From an uncultured cyanobacterium (GTDB lineage: Bacteria; Cyanobacteriota; Cyanobacteriia; Cyanobacteriales; CAWCAG01), in NCBI GenBank assembly GCA_963793425.1, contig CAWCAG010000007.1:800001-864000 (forward strand): a stretch of 64,000 nt of DNA, given 5' to 3'. The notes beneath the pieces are model-generated. The model worked only from the letters and a program-made list of their open reading frames with translations. It searched no databases and had not been told where the DNA came from. The translations under genes and the position numbers were made by a program. Positions 29,357 to 38,685 of the stretch are shown in pieces; position 1 is the first letter of the stretch; each line of letters begins with the position of its first letter.

Positions 29357-30730
29357 TTAAACTATTTCTTGGCAATGAATGCGTATTTGTTGTAAACGCT
29401 GATCCTCAGCAGAAACTACTGTAAAACTAAGATAGCCGTAGTGCAGGGTTTCTCCTGGGGAAGGAATCTTTTGGAATTGATAAAGCAAAAAGCCCCCTAA
29501 AGTTTGGTAATCGTCGGCAAGAGGTAAATCAAGTGCCAAAATCTCATTCACTTCTTCTACATCCATTTGCGCTTCCACAATGAAAGTTTGGTCGTTGAGA
29601 ATTTGTACGGCAACTTCTTCAGAATTGGGCAATTCATTATCATCGCCGATGATTTCAGAAATTAAGTCTGTAAAAGTGATTAACCCTGCTGTACCACCAA
29701 ATTCATCCACTACCATAACCATTTCTGAGCGCGATCGCTGCATGAGAGGCAGCAATTCACTTAAAGGAGTAAGCTCTTGAACGAAGCGAACAGGTTTAAT
29801 CCAAGATTGCAGAGAAGATTCCTTCGTTAATATTCCTTGGGCTAAGGGTTTGGCTAATACTTTAAAATCAACCATACCGCGTATATCATCAAGGGATTCC
29901 CCTGTTACAGGATAGCGAGAATGGTTGGTGTCAGCTACTTCCTGAAGTAAGGTTGCGAAAGTAGCTGTACTAGGAATGGATACCAAACTAGTACGAGGAA
30001 CCATTATTTCTCCTACTAAAACTTCACTAAATTCAAAAACGTTATTGAGTAATTCTCTTTCTTCAGCTTCTAGTCCTGTAGATTCTCTTTCTGTGGTGAT
30101 AATAAGTTGTAATTCCTCTGGAGTTACTTGCTTGTACCAGCCTTGCCCAGTATATTCGACCCCAAACAGCCTTAATAAATGGCGAGTTGATTGGTTCAAA
30201 ATCCAAATAAAGGGATTGAAAATACGAGCAATCGTTAAACTAGGAGGACCAAGTAATTTAGCTAGTTGCTCTGAGTAGAGTAGAGCCAGGGATTTAGGGC
30301 ATAATTCCCCTAGAACAATTTGTAAATAGGCTAAGAGGAAAAAAGCCCCTGCCATAGAGAGGGTATGAATAAAAAGAGGATTTAAAGGTTGGGGGACAAC
30401 GAAATACCTCAATAAACTAGCTAGAGTATTTTCGCCAATCCAACCCAGAGCTAAACTAGAAAGAGTAATACCTATTTGGGTGGTGGAAAGTAGGCGATAA
30501 ATGCTGCGCTGCAAGGATTGTACCGTTTTTGCCGGAATATCTCCCGCTTCTACTAACTGGCTGATTCGCGACCGACGCACAGAGACAATGGAAAACTCAG
30601 CAGTTACAAAAAAAGCATTAATTGCGATTAGTAACAAGACTGATAATATGCGCCAAAGAATGTCTCTACCAGTGAGTTGAGGCGAAGTACCCATGGTGAA
30701 GAAAATTAGGTTAAGGGCAACCATGCACAA
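29357..30730 (-). CDS. CNNM/CorC (hemolysin-family) CBS-domain transporter
   Basis: FFVTAEFSIV, GELCPKS, HSRYPV, VDEFGGTAG, TLGGF; start may be ~30694. Confidence 0.92.
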   Translation of the reverse strand: MCMVALNLIFFTMGTSPQLTGRDILWRILSVLLLIAINAFFVTAEFSIVSVRRSRISQLVEAGDIPAKTVQSLQRSIYRLLSTTQIGITLSSLALGWIGENTLASLLRYFVVPQPLNPLFIHTLSMAGAFFLLAYLQIVLGELCPKSLALLYSEQLAKLLGPPSLTIARIFNPFIWILNQSTRHLLRLFGVEYTGQGWYKQVTPEELQLIITTERESTGLEAEERELLNNVFEFSEVLVGEIMVPRTSLVSIPSTATFATLLQEVADTNHSRYPVTGESLDDIRGMVDFKVLAKPLAQGILTKESSLQSWIKPVRFVQELTPLSELLPLMQRSRSEMVMVVDEFGGTAGLITFTDLISEIIGDDNELPNSEEVAVQILNDQTFIVEAQMDVEEVNEILALDLPLADDYQTLGGFLLYQFQKIPSPGETLHYGYLSFTVVSAEDQRLQQIRIHCQEIV

Positions 30731-30757
30731 AATTAATGGCCAGTGTAAATTTTGTTT

Positions 30758-31456
30758 CTACCTCACAACAGGGATATTAGCCAGACTTAATTGCAGTTTT
30801 TGGTCAGGATAATCAGTTAGGGTTAAAGAGATGTTTTTGGCATCTTCTAACAAAGCAGTAGGAATCCTAACTTTACCAGAAAATTCTCGACCGTTAGAGG
30901 GGAGTTCCCCTGGTAAACCCTCTGTAATAGCGCTGAGGGCGCGTCCTTGTTCGTCTTTAACATCCAAGAAACTATAAAGAAATCTGACTTCTTGAGAGCC
31001 TTGATTTTTCATGTTTACATCTAGCAACAAAGAGCCTCCTTGTTGGCTAGCACCAACTACTTCTAAGGTTACGCCTTGATCTTGGCTTATGATCGGAAAA
31101 TTTCCTGCAACAGCGCTTTCTTTTTCTTTTGCTTTTTCCTCGGCCTCTTTTTGCTCTTCTAAATTCTTAGTGTCATCTTCTTTTTTCTCTTCTAGCTCTG
31201 AGACGGTACTAGTGCTATCAATTTTTTCGGAAACCTGAGCTAAAACAGTTTGCTCACTCAGCATTTTGACACCTTCACTCCCTGAAGAAGAAGTTTTGTC
31301 TTCAGCTAATTTTTTGGTGGGGCTAACATCGGGCTGGGTTACACCTTTTAAGGCTCCGTATCCTAAAGTATATCCCCATAAAGCGCTAACAGTTCCCGCA
31401 CCTAACATTGTTGCCAAGAGGATCAAAGTAAGGGCTACAGTTGAGTTCAGTTTCAT
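30758..31456 (-). CDS. Conserved cyanobacterial membrane-anchored hypothetical protein
   Basis: N-terminal TM, ALKGVTQPD, VRFLYSFLDV. Confidence 0.75.
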   Translation of the reverse strand: MKLNSTVALTLILLATMLGAGTVSALWGYTLGYGALKGVTQPDVSPTKKLAEDKTSSSGSEGVKMLSEQTVLAQVSEKIDSTSTVSELEEKKEDDTKNLEEQKEAEEKAKEKESAVAGNFPIISQDQGVTLEVVGASQQGGSLLLDVNMKNQGSQEVRFLYSFLDVKDEQGRALSAITEGLPGELPSNGREFSGKVRIPTALLEDAKNISLTLTDYPDQKLQLSLANIPVVR

Positions 31457-31619
31457 AGAAGTTTAGCTAGAAAAACCATAAGCTTTCGCTATTTTGCCAG
31501 ACGGCAGATGGCGAAAAGAGCAACAGTACACTCAATCATACACAATAAAAACTATTTTCTTGCTGAATTGAATATAGATTACTTAAATTATTATTCGACT
31601 GTTCGGGGAGGGGACAGGA

Positions 31620-31625
31620 TATAAT
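31620..31625 (+). promoter_or_regulatory. -10 element of the tRNA promoter
   Basis: Perfect TATAAT 18 nt upstream of the tRNA. Confidence 0.55.
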
Positions 31626-31643
31626 AGTAATCTAAAAAATTAA

Positions 31644-31716
31644 CCAGGGTTGGCCGAGCGGTTGAGGCAGCGAACTCATAATTCGCCCTAGGCAGGTTCA
31701 ACTCCTGCACCCTGGA
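31644..31716 (+). tRNA. trnI-CAU: tRNA with CAT anticodon, most likely tRNA-Ile2 (lysidine); CCA not encoded
   Basis: Acceptor CCAGGGT/ACCCTGG, anticodon arm GCGAA-CTCATAA-TTCGC, T-arm GCAGG-TTCAACT-CCTGC; resembles plastid trnI-CAU. Confidence 0.92.
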
Positions 31717-31741
31717 TTTTTACTTTGTTAAAAAAATTAAG

Positions 31742-31777
31742 TTTTTCTGGTAGAAACTAACTTCTACCAGAAAAAAA
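31742..31777. terminator. Bidirectional intrinsic terminator
   Basis: TTTTTCTGGTAGAA-N6-TTCTACCAGAAAAA between the convergent tRNA and CDS. Confidence 0.7.
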
Positions 31778-31811
31778 CTCAGCTAACCTGACCTCAAATG
31801 CTGGTTGAAAA

Positions 31812-32312
31812 TCATTCAAAAGGTTGTCTTTCAAAAATGAACTCACCACCGCTAGGAACAATTGTGGTAGGGCGGTAAGCAGGGCTACTGTATAGGGATG
31901 AGTTATAAGGATTAGTTAAGTCTGGAGTGCGAATAATTGGGCCACTGGAAACTTGTTCTTCCAAGGTATAGAGGTAAAGATTGTGAACTCGGTTTAAGTC
32001 GCGAACAAGTTCATTTTCTAAAAAGGAAGGACGAGTAAAGGAACCCAACCCGAACATATACTCAACTTGCCGTACAAAGCCACGATTTTCAAAAAAGTCA
32101 CCCGATTCTTCAGTTAAAGCGTCTTCAAAGGCATCTGGTATAGGTTGTAATTCCACTAAATCTTGAGCCATTACACTAGTAGTTAAGACACTAGAGCTAA
32201 CAGCTAGGGCTAAAGAAGTAGTTAATAAATGAGCTAACCGCATCGACATCATTTTTAAGAAGTAAATTTGGCTCAATTTTAACTGAATATTCCTCGAAAA
32301 AAACCTTCTCAA
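31812..32312 (-). CDS. Exported conserved hypothetical protein
   Basis: Signal peptide, SGDFFENR, IRTPDLTNPYNSSL; true start probably ~32250. Confidence 0.7.
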   Translation of the reverse strand: MRRFFSRNIQLKLSQIYFLKMMSMRLAHLLTTSLALAVSSSVLTTSVMAQDLVELQPIPDAFEDALTEESGDFFENRGFVRQVEYMFGLGSFTRPSFLENELVRDLNRVHNLYLYTLEEQVSSGPIIRTPDLTNPYNSSLYSSPAYRPTTIVPSGGEFIFERQPFE

Positions 32313-32353
32313 TGTAGTAGGTTGATTAAGACAGTAAGGATATATCCCGTTTA

Positions 32354-32980
32354 ATGGTTAATAACATTCAATCTAGACTTGCTTCTAGCCAAGATTTGAC
32401 AGTTTTACGTCAATCACTTTTAGATTTATTGGTTAATTTTGCTTATCGAGAAGGAGACTTTACCCTCTCGTCAGGACAAAAGAGTTCTTACTACATTAAC
32501 GGTAAAGAAGTTACTCTGCGGGCTGAAGGAGCCTTAGCTGTGGGCTATTTGCTCTTAGACAAGTTACCGAAAGATACCCAAGCTGTAGCTGGTTTAACCT
32601 TGGGGGCAGATCCTCTGGTTACGGCGGTGAGTTTAGTTTCTGCTTGGGAAAATCGACCCATACCAGCTTTAATTATTCGCAAGGAAGCTAAGGGACACGG
32701 TACAAAAGCTTATATAGAAGGGCCTAGTTTAGAAACTGGGGCTAAGGTGGTTGTACTTGAAGATGTGGTTACCACTGGTAAGTCAGCTATGTTAGCAGTG
32801 GAACGTCTAACAGCAGCAAGTTATCAAGTTGACCAAGTAGTTACTGTGGTGGATAGACAACAAGGAGGAGCAGAATTTTATCAACAACAAGGTTTAGAGT
32901 TTGAAGCCATTTTCAACTTAGACGAAATTCAAAAACAATACCGTTCTCAAAAAAACTCTTCCACTTCCCTAGCTCCCTAG
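32354..32980 (+). CDS. pyrE: Orotate phosphoribosyltransferase
   Basis: GDFTLSSGQKSSYY, RKEAKGHG, VLEDVVTTG. Confidence 0.96.
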   Translation: MVNNIQSRLASSQDLTVLRQSLLDLLVNFAYREGDFTLSSGQKSSYYINGKEVTLRAEGALAVGYLLLDKLPKDTQAVAGLTLGADPLVTAVSLVSAWENRPIPALIIRKEAKGHGTKAYIEGPSLETGAKVVVLEDVVTTGKSAMLAVERLTAASYQVDQVVTVVDRQQGGAEFYQQQGLEFEAIFNLDEIQKQYRSQKNSSTSLAP

Positions 32981-32995
32981 CTCCCTAGCTCCCCG

Positions 32996-34404
32996 TCAAC
33001 GACCTTGATGAACCGTCTTCACCCATTTCAGACGCTTAGGGCGCACAGACATTCTTGCGGTGGTGCTGCTCATTACAATTAACCAATGGGACATATAAAC
33101 CATACCCCTAAGAGCCTCGAAGGTTAAGGTTAGCCAATTGCGGAAACCAAAGTTTTCTTCTGGATTGATTCGGCGTAACCCTCTCAACATTGCCCAAGAA
33201 AGCATCGCCATACTTAAAGTTGTCACAGGCATTAATACAGGTGGACGGTTGCGAGTGACAGCCATCAGGAAGTCTGGGAGCGCTGCTATGGGCAGAAGAT
33301 ATTGAATAATCAAAAAAGAAATCATTTCCCAGGTTTTCCCGATGCCCATGCGATTACTAGCAATGAGTTTCCAGTAATCTAAGTAGCGCTGATAGCCTCC
33401 TTCAGCCCAACGGTTGCGTTGATGCCAAAGGGAAAGGGCTGTTTCTACTCCTTCTTCTTCTACAGGAGGGAATTGGAGAAAGTCTATTTTCCAGCCGTCT
33501 AGGTGGAGGCGTAGAGTTAAATCGAGGTCGTCGGTGATGGTTTGTTCATTCCAACCACCGCAGCTATTTAGGGCTGTGCGACGCACAAATTGACCGTTAC
33601 CTCGCAACTCTCCAATGCCACCAATGGCAATGCGTTGGCGTTGTAGGTAGCTATCTAAAGCCATTTCTGCACTTTGCCCTTTTGTCCAGAAGTTGGTAGC
33701 TGAGTTAGCGATCGCTTTTCTGGTTTGCACTGCCCCAACTTGCTTTTGAGCAAATATTGGTACGATGCACTTTAGTAAGTCTGGGGAAACTTTAGCATCA
33801 GCATCGAATACAGCGATGATTTCCCCTTTAGTTAGGGATAGCACTTGATTGAGAGCGCCAGATTTGCCACCACCTGCCCCGGCTAAACGATGCAATACTT
33901 TAAGCTGGTTGTGTAAGGGGGCTAATTGGTCTAAGATTTTGCCAGTTTTATCGGTGCTATAATCATCAATTACCCAGACTTCATATTTGTCTTGGGGATA
34001 ATCTAAGCTACAGAGCATTGTGACTAAATTGGCGATTACTGTTTCTTCATTTTTCGCGGCAACTAAGAGGGAGACTTGAGGGGCAGTGGCTAAGGCTTCG
34101 TCTTTTAAAAGTGGCTGTTTGGTGTCTGATTTAGCCAAAACCAGACGTAACGCTTGTATAACCAAAATGCTGGTGAAACCCGATACTAACCAATAACCCC
34201 AGGAGATTAAATGTAAAGCGATAACAACTCCCCAAATTAAGGTTAATACCAGAGCTGCTTTTCGCCTGCGTCCTGCTAATCCTTCAAAAAAATCACTTCT
34301 AAATTCTTCTTCTTCTTCTTCAGGATCTGACCAGTTTGGCAAAAAGAGCTAATTGTGTCAAACTCATTGCTGGTATCGCTTTTGCTCCAAGAATTCTCTG
34401 GCAT
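32996..34404 (-). CDS. mgdA: Monoglucosyldiacylglycerol synthase (GT2); probable true start ATG34404 with a 1-nt frameshift at 34341-34345
   Basis: FDAD, ELRGNGQF, TDDLD, QRNRWAEG; upstream out-of-frame MPENSW..FDTISSF; divergent from mgdE. Confidence 0.88.
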
Positions 34405-34627
34405 GGGTTAAATGTTGTTAAAATCTTTTTTTACTTTTGATGGATATAGTTTGGCTTAATTGTAAATGAAACTGTTAACTTTCTTGGAGATTTCTTAAAT
34501 TAATCTCTACTGAGTTGATGGTCAAATCTGCTCAAAATCTCAGATAATATTTACTTAGGCTCTATTTTGCTGACAATACGGCATCTGAAAATGCTTTAAT
34601 TTACTTGACTTTTAATCACAAAACTTA

Positions 34628-35884
34628 ATGAGTAATCCAATAGCAACAATAGTCGTCGGATTAATTTCTGTAGTTTGGGTGGAACTGATTAGGGATTTTT
34701 ATCATGCCCTCTCCCACCACTGGAAACCTTTATATCGCTTGCACGTTTGGCATCATCGTGTCTTTCGCCCTGACTTATCAGCAGTCAGCACAACTATTTA
34801 TAAACAAGCTCATTGGTATAATGATGTACCAGAATCTTTGGTGATGCTTGTCTTTAGCTTCTTACCTTGGCTAACGGTTCATCTTTGCTTCCCTCAACAC
34901 CAGGGCTTAGGTTGGGCAGGTTCGGTATATACCTTAAGTTTTCTTTTAAGTGCGATCGCTAGGGGAACAGGATTAGCTTACGCTGATGAATTAACAGATT
35001 TAACCCATCGTTCCGGCCCTTTTAATGCTGCACCTTCCCATTGGTTTGTAAATCGTTCCTACCATTGGCGGCATCACTTCGACAATCAAAAGGCTTACTA
35101 TAGCGGTACATTAACTTTGGTAGATAAACTTATGGGTACTGCTCTATGTTTAAAAGGGAAAAAGGTTGCTATAACCGGAGCATCTGGTACTTTAGGGAAG
35201 GCACTTATTAGGGAGTTACGGGAAAAAGAAGCTAAAGTAACTGCTCTTACTTCCCAAGGGAATACTGTCACTCTCTATGAAAATGATCAGCATTGCCCGA
35301 TTAAAACTCTCAATTGGCAAGTAGGGAAAGAGACAGAATTAGCAGCAGCTTTAGAAGAAATTGATATCCTAATTCTTAACCACGGAGTTAATGTGGGGGG
35401 AGAAAGGACAGCAGATGCTATTGCAAAATCCTATGAAATTAATACTTTTTCCAGTTGGCGTTTATTAGAATTATTTTTAACCACTGTTCGTACCAATGAA
35501 GACATTGCTAAAAAAGAAGTTTGGGTTAATACCTCAGAAGCAGAAGTTAATCCTGCTTTTAGCCCTCTTTATGAGTTGACAAAACGGGCTTTAGGAGACT
35601 TGGTTAGCTTACGCCGTTTAGATGCTCCTTGTACAATACGCAAGCTGATTTTAGGGCCTTTTAAAAGTAACCTTAATCCCGTTGGCGTAATGTCAGCGGA
35701 TAAAGTAGCTAAGCAAATAGTTAATTTAGCTCAAAGGGACTTCCTTAATATTATTGTTACTATTAATCCTTTAACTTGGCTGGCTTTTCCTTGCAAAGAG
35801 TTAGCCGTTTCTACTTATTTCAATCTCTTTAGTAAGAAGCGTAAAGAGGTGTTGGATACTTTACCGGAAGTTATTTCTGGATAA
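34628..35884 (+). CDS. mgdE: MGlcDG epimerase (fatty-acid-hydroxylase-like + SDR fusion)
   Basis: His boxes HxxxH/HxxHH, TGASGTLG, VWVNTSEAE, YELTK; adjacent to mgdA. Confidence 0.85.
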   Translation: MSNPIATIVVGLISVVWVELIRDFYHALSHHWKPLYRLHVWHHRVFRPDLSAVSTTIYKQAHWYNDVPESLVMLVFSFLPWLTVHLCFPQHQGLGWAGSVYTLSFLLSAIARGTGLAYADELTDLTHRSGPFNAAPSHWFVNRSYHWRHHFDNQKAYYSGTLTLVDKLMGTALCLKGKKVAITGASGTLGKALIRELREKEAKVTALTSQGNTVTLYENDQHCPIKTLNWQVGKETELAAALEEIDILILNHGVNVGGERTADAIAKSYEINTFSSWRLLELFLTTVRTNEDIAKKEVWVNTSEAEVNPAFSPLYELTKRALGDLVSLRRLDAPCTIRKLILGPFKSNLNPVGVMSADKVAKQIVNLAQRDFLNIIVTINPLTWLAFPCKELAVSTYFNLFSKKRKEVLDTLPEVISG

Positions 35885-35984
35885 AAACTAGGGAAGTCAT
35901 TTTTTAATCTAAGCTATTTGGCGCTTGTTGAGACTTGATAATTAGCGTTATCTTTGTGCGTAAAGGCCTTGAAACTACTTAAAC

Positions 35985-36314
35985 ATGAACTTTCTCAAAG
36001 GATTAATTGTTAGTACCCTCGTCGTAGGATCTATACTGCTAGCCCCAACTGCAAATGCAGAAACTTATCGTGCTGGCAACTTTATAATTACTATTGAAGG
36101 TAGTACATATACTGGATGTGATTCTAATGGCAACTGTATTACTTTAGATAATTATCAAAAGTGGCAACATAATGGACAAAGAGGAATAGCCTGGGAAAAT
36201 GGTGATTATGTTTACTCGGTTTCTTGGCAAGAAGGTATTGATGGTATGTACCTCAAAGTGAGCAGAGGTGATGAAGTACTTGTATCTGAAAAAATGGAGT
36301 ACCTTGGCTATTAA
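35985..36314 (+). CDS. Small secreted hypothetical protein
   Basis: Signal peptide (ANA-E), YTGCDSNGNCI. Confidence 0.75.
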   Translation: MNFLKGLIVSTLVVGSILLAPTANAETYRAGNFIITIEGSTYTGCDSNGNCITLDNYQKWQHNGQRGIAWENGDYVYSVSWQEGIDGMYLKVSRGDEVLVSEKMEYLGY

Positions 36315-36358
36315 TTCAGTATGAACAACTTATCTTTAATGCTACAAAGCCAACAATT

Positions 36359-36709
36359 ATGAAAAAAATAATAGCTTTAACGTTAGCTTCCCTTGGTATT
36401 TTAACCTTTACTCCTCAAGCAAAAGCTGACATATTTGATGCAAATGTTTACTGTGAGGTGAAAGACATTATTACAGGTCAATTAGCACTACGGCACGAAA
36501 CTACTCTTCAACCACACGCAGGTTTAGACAACGGTAATATAGTTCAGGCTTATGGAGGCAGCATAGGTGAAAATGGAATTATTTGGTACTATGTCAATGT
36601 TTTGCAGGGGCCGAATTACAGAGTTGACGGTAAAGAAGGTGTTGTTAATGCCAAATACTTGCTCTGTGATTGGTACGACTTCGAGGGGAACTATCTTTTC
36701 ACTGAGTAA
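36359..36709 (+). CDS. Small secreted SH3b-like protein
   Basis: Signal peptide (AKA-D); LALR..L.NG..V..WYYV..EGVVNAKYL pattern. Confidence 0.65.
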   Translation: MKKIIALTLASLGILTFTPQAKADIFDANVYCEVKDIITGQLALRHETTLQPHAGLDNGNIVQAYGGSIGENGIIWYYVNVLQGPNYRVDGKEGVVNAKYLLCDWYDFEGNYLFTE

Positions 36710-36822
36710 AATATCTTTGATGGCAAGGGATATTAGTTGAGTAAGCGATCGCCTTCAATTATCTATTGGTAAAGTCCCTCAATAAAATTAAAACGACCCA
36801 ACGTTAAACTAAAAATAACGAA

Positions 36823-36890
36823 AGAAAAACCGGATTTCTCTAAGTTATATAACTCAGTTTTAAGGGGATTAAAAAAAGAAACCCGGTTCT
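36823..36890. repeat. Degenerate palindromic dispersed repeat (AGAAACCGG..TTTCT type)
   Basis: AGAAAAACCGGATTTCT ... AGAAACCCGGTTCT between convergent genes. Confidence 0.45.
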
Positions 36891-36930
36891 AGATTGAGAA
36901 GTTGTAACTCTCCTCGAATCAAGCTTGTTT

Positions 36931-37803
36931 TTACTTCGTTAAAGAAAACTTACGCAACTTGCGACTAGGAAGCCAAGCAAATACCCCAACTAATAACATA
37001 CCCAATAAAGAAGATGGTTCAGGAACTCTTTCTACAGCTTGGGGTTCGCTGAAAATAAAGTCATCTAAAGCAACTAAATCAACTCCATTACCATCAAAAG
37101 TATCTGCCCCTAAAGCAGCATTGCCAGAAGTAATTCTTACTTTGGAAACAAGGAAATCATCAAAAGTTACACCCAAAAAAGAGAAACTTTCATCCCGGTC
37201 GGCAACTGCTTCAACAAAGTTAGTTTGAATTAAATTACCGTCAACATCGAAAAATTCCATCTTGCTTGTTTCGGCGAGATCCACATCACTAAAAACAGCG
37301 CCGAAGCTACTAACAGTAGCAGCAGTATCTGTACCAGGAACAAAGAAGAGAATATCAAGAATGTTACTATCTTGGGCGATAAAGAGTTTTTCTGCACTAA
37401 AGGCTTCAAAAACTCCGGTATAAGTTGGATTTATGTTGCCAAAGTCTTCGCTAGGATCGTTATTGGTGGGGTCGCCATCTGCACCACTAATCTGGAAACC
37501 AGAACCAGGGGTTTCATAAACTGTACCACGGGGTACAACAGCGTTGAAGAAGTCCGCAGGCATATCAAAAGGGTCAGCAGGGGCCAGGCGGCCATCCCAA
37601 TCAATTTGCCGACGACCTCCCTCTACCGGCCCAACTTGGTTGCCGTTGTTTGGCTCCCCTGCTATAGTGCGAAAGGCATCCACAGTACCTTGAATAGAAG
37701 CAGCATCTTCCCCAGAAGCAGAAAAGACTGCCGCCTCAGACATATTGGGTGCAACAATTAAGGCTGTTAAGGCTAAGGTGATACTAGGATAAAGTTTGTT
37801 CAT
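36931..37803 (-). CDS. PEP-CTERM sorting-domain protein
   Basis: Signal peptide; RRQIDWDG; VPEPSSLLGMLLVGVFAWLPSRKLRK tail. Confidence 0.92.
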   Translation of the reverse strand: MNKLYPSITLALTALIVAPNMSEAAVFSASGEDAASIQGTVDAFRTIAGEPNNGNQVGPVEGGRRQIDWDGRLAPADPFDMPADFFNAVVPRGTVYETPGSGFQISGADGDPTNNDPSEDFGNINPTYTGVFEAFSAEKLFIAQDSNILDILFFVPGTDTAATVSSFGAVFSDVDLAETSKMEFFDVDGNLIQTNFVEAVADRDESFSFLGVTFDDFLVSKVRITSGNAALGADTFDGNGVDLVALDDFIFSEPQAVERVPEPSSLLGMLLVGVFAWLPSRKLRKFSLTK

Positions 37804-37924
37804 GATGATGCTTTTTCCTGAGAAATTGGTTAGTTCTAGAGATTTTCTAAGTTAGTTTTGTGTTGTGCTGATATTCAACTTAGAAAACAATCGGGAAGAA
37901 CTAGGGAAGCAGTTTTTCAGTGAT

Positions 37925-37994
37925 GCCTAACGGCAACGGCAAGCCGTACAATGATCAATGTTCAATGATGCTTAACGGCAACGGCAAGCTTCAC
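37925..37994 (+). repeat. Two copies of a 25-nt small dispersed repeat within an AATGATC-type tract
   Basis: GCCTAACGGCAACGGCAAGCCGTAC (37925) and GCTTAACGGCAACGGCAAGCTTCAC (37970). Confidence 0.7.
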
Positions 37995-38079
37995 AATGAT
38001 TAGAGATAAGCTGTCAAGTATTTAATTTGCTTGTTGAGATTAACGGGGAGGATGCTTCATTTATTTTTAAGCATTTTAT

Positions 38080-38664
38080 TTAATAAAACTGTAAACCTCC
38101 TTGAAGCAAATTAGACTCAATTTTACAATCATCCCTACCTTCACTAGAAGCATCAAATTGACAAGTATAAGCAGCTAAACACTTTGTTTGCTGATTAAAA
38201 ACTCTGAGATTATATTGATATCGCCTTGCGACATTACCAAATTTATTAACAAAAGCGTAACGTTCGATGTCAGTTAAATTAGACCAAAGCTGTCGGTTAA
38301 CAATTAAATCTATACGATTTTGTTCTTGATGTGCAATCCAGTTAATCAGTAACTTTTTCTTGGCAAATTGCTCTTTAGCCCACCATAAACTAGGAACAGA
38401 AATTTGTTCTTGGGAGACTGTATCAGCAGTAACAATATTTAATTGAGCTAATTCTGTGGCATCTTTTTCTAATAATTCAGCTTCTAAAGGAGGCTGGCAA
38501 AAATCATTATTAATAGAAGTTTGTGCCGTAGCTATGGGAGTAAACCAAAACGGAGAAGTTAGGAATAAAAGAGTGATTTTTTTGAGCATAACTGGGATAA
38601 CAAAGAACAGGGCGTTTTTGATGTTAGATATTATGGGTAAGATTAGAAGTGGGAAGAATGACAA
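38080..38664 (-). CDS. Conserved cyanobacterial exported hypothetical protein
   Basis: PSLWWAKEQF, DLIVNRQLW, YNLRVFN; start likely MLKKIT (~38589). Confidence 0.7.
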   Translation of the reverse strand: MSFFPLLILPIISNIKNALFFVIPVMLKKITLLFLTSPFWFTPIATAQTSINNDFCQPPLEAELLEKDATELAQLNIVTADTVSQEQISVPSLWWAKEQFAKKKLLINWIAHQEQNRIDLIVNRQLWSNLTDIERYAFVNKFGNVARRYQYNLRVFNQQTKCLAAYTCQFDASSEGRDDCKIESNLLQGGLQFY

Positions 38665-38685
38665 TTTTACTTATTACTTAGTTAT

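Noticed and set aside
31644..31810. tRNA-anchored integrative element
   Set aside because: No integrase and no duplicate of the tRNA 3' end seen in the window.
37925..37994. Mini CRISPR array
   Set aside because: Only two imperfect 25-nt copies; the 20-nt 'spacer' is itself heptamer repeat; no cas genes.
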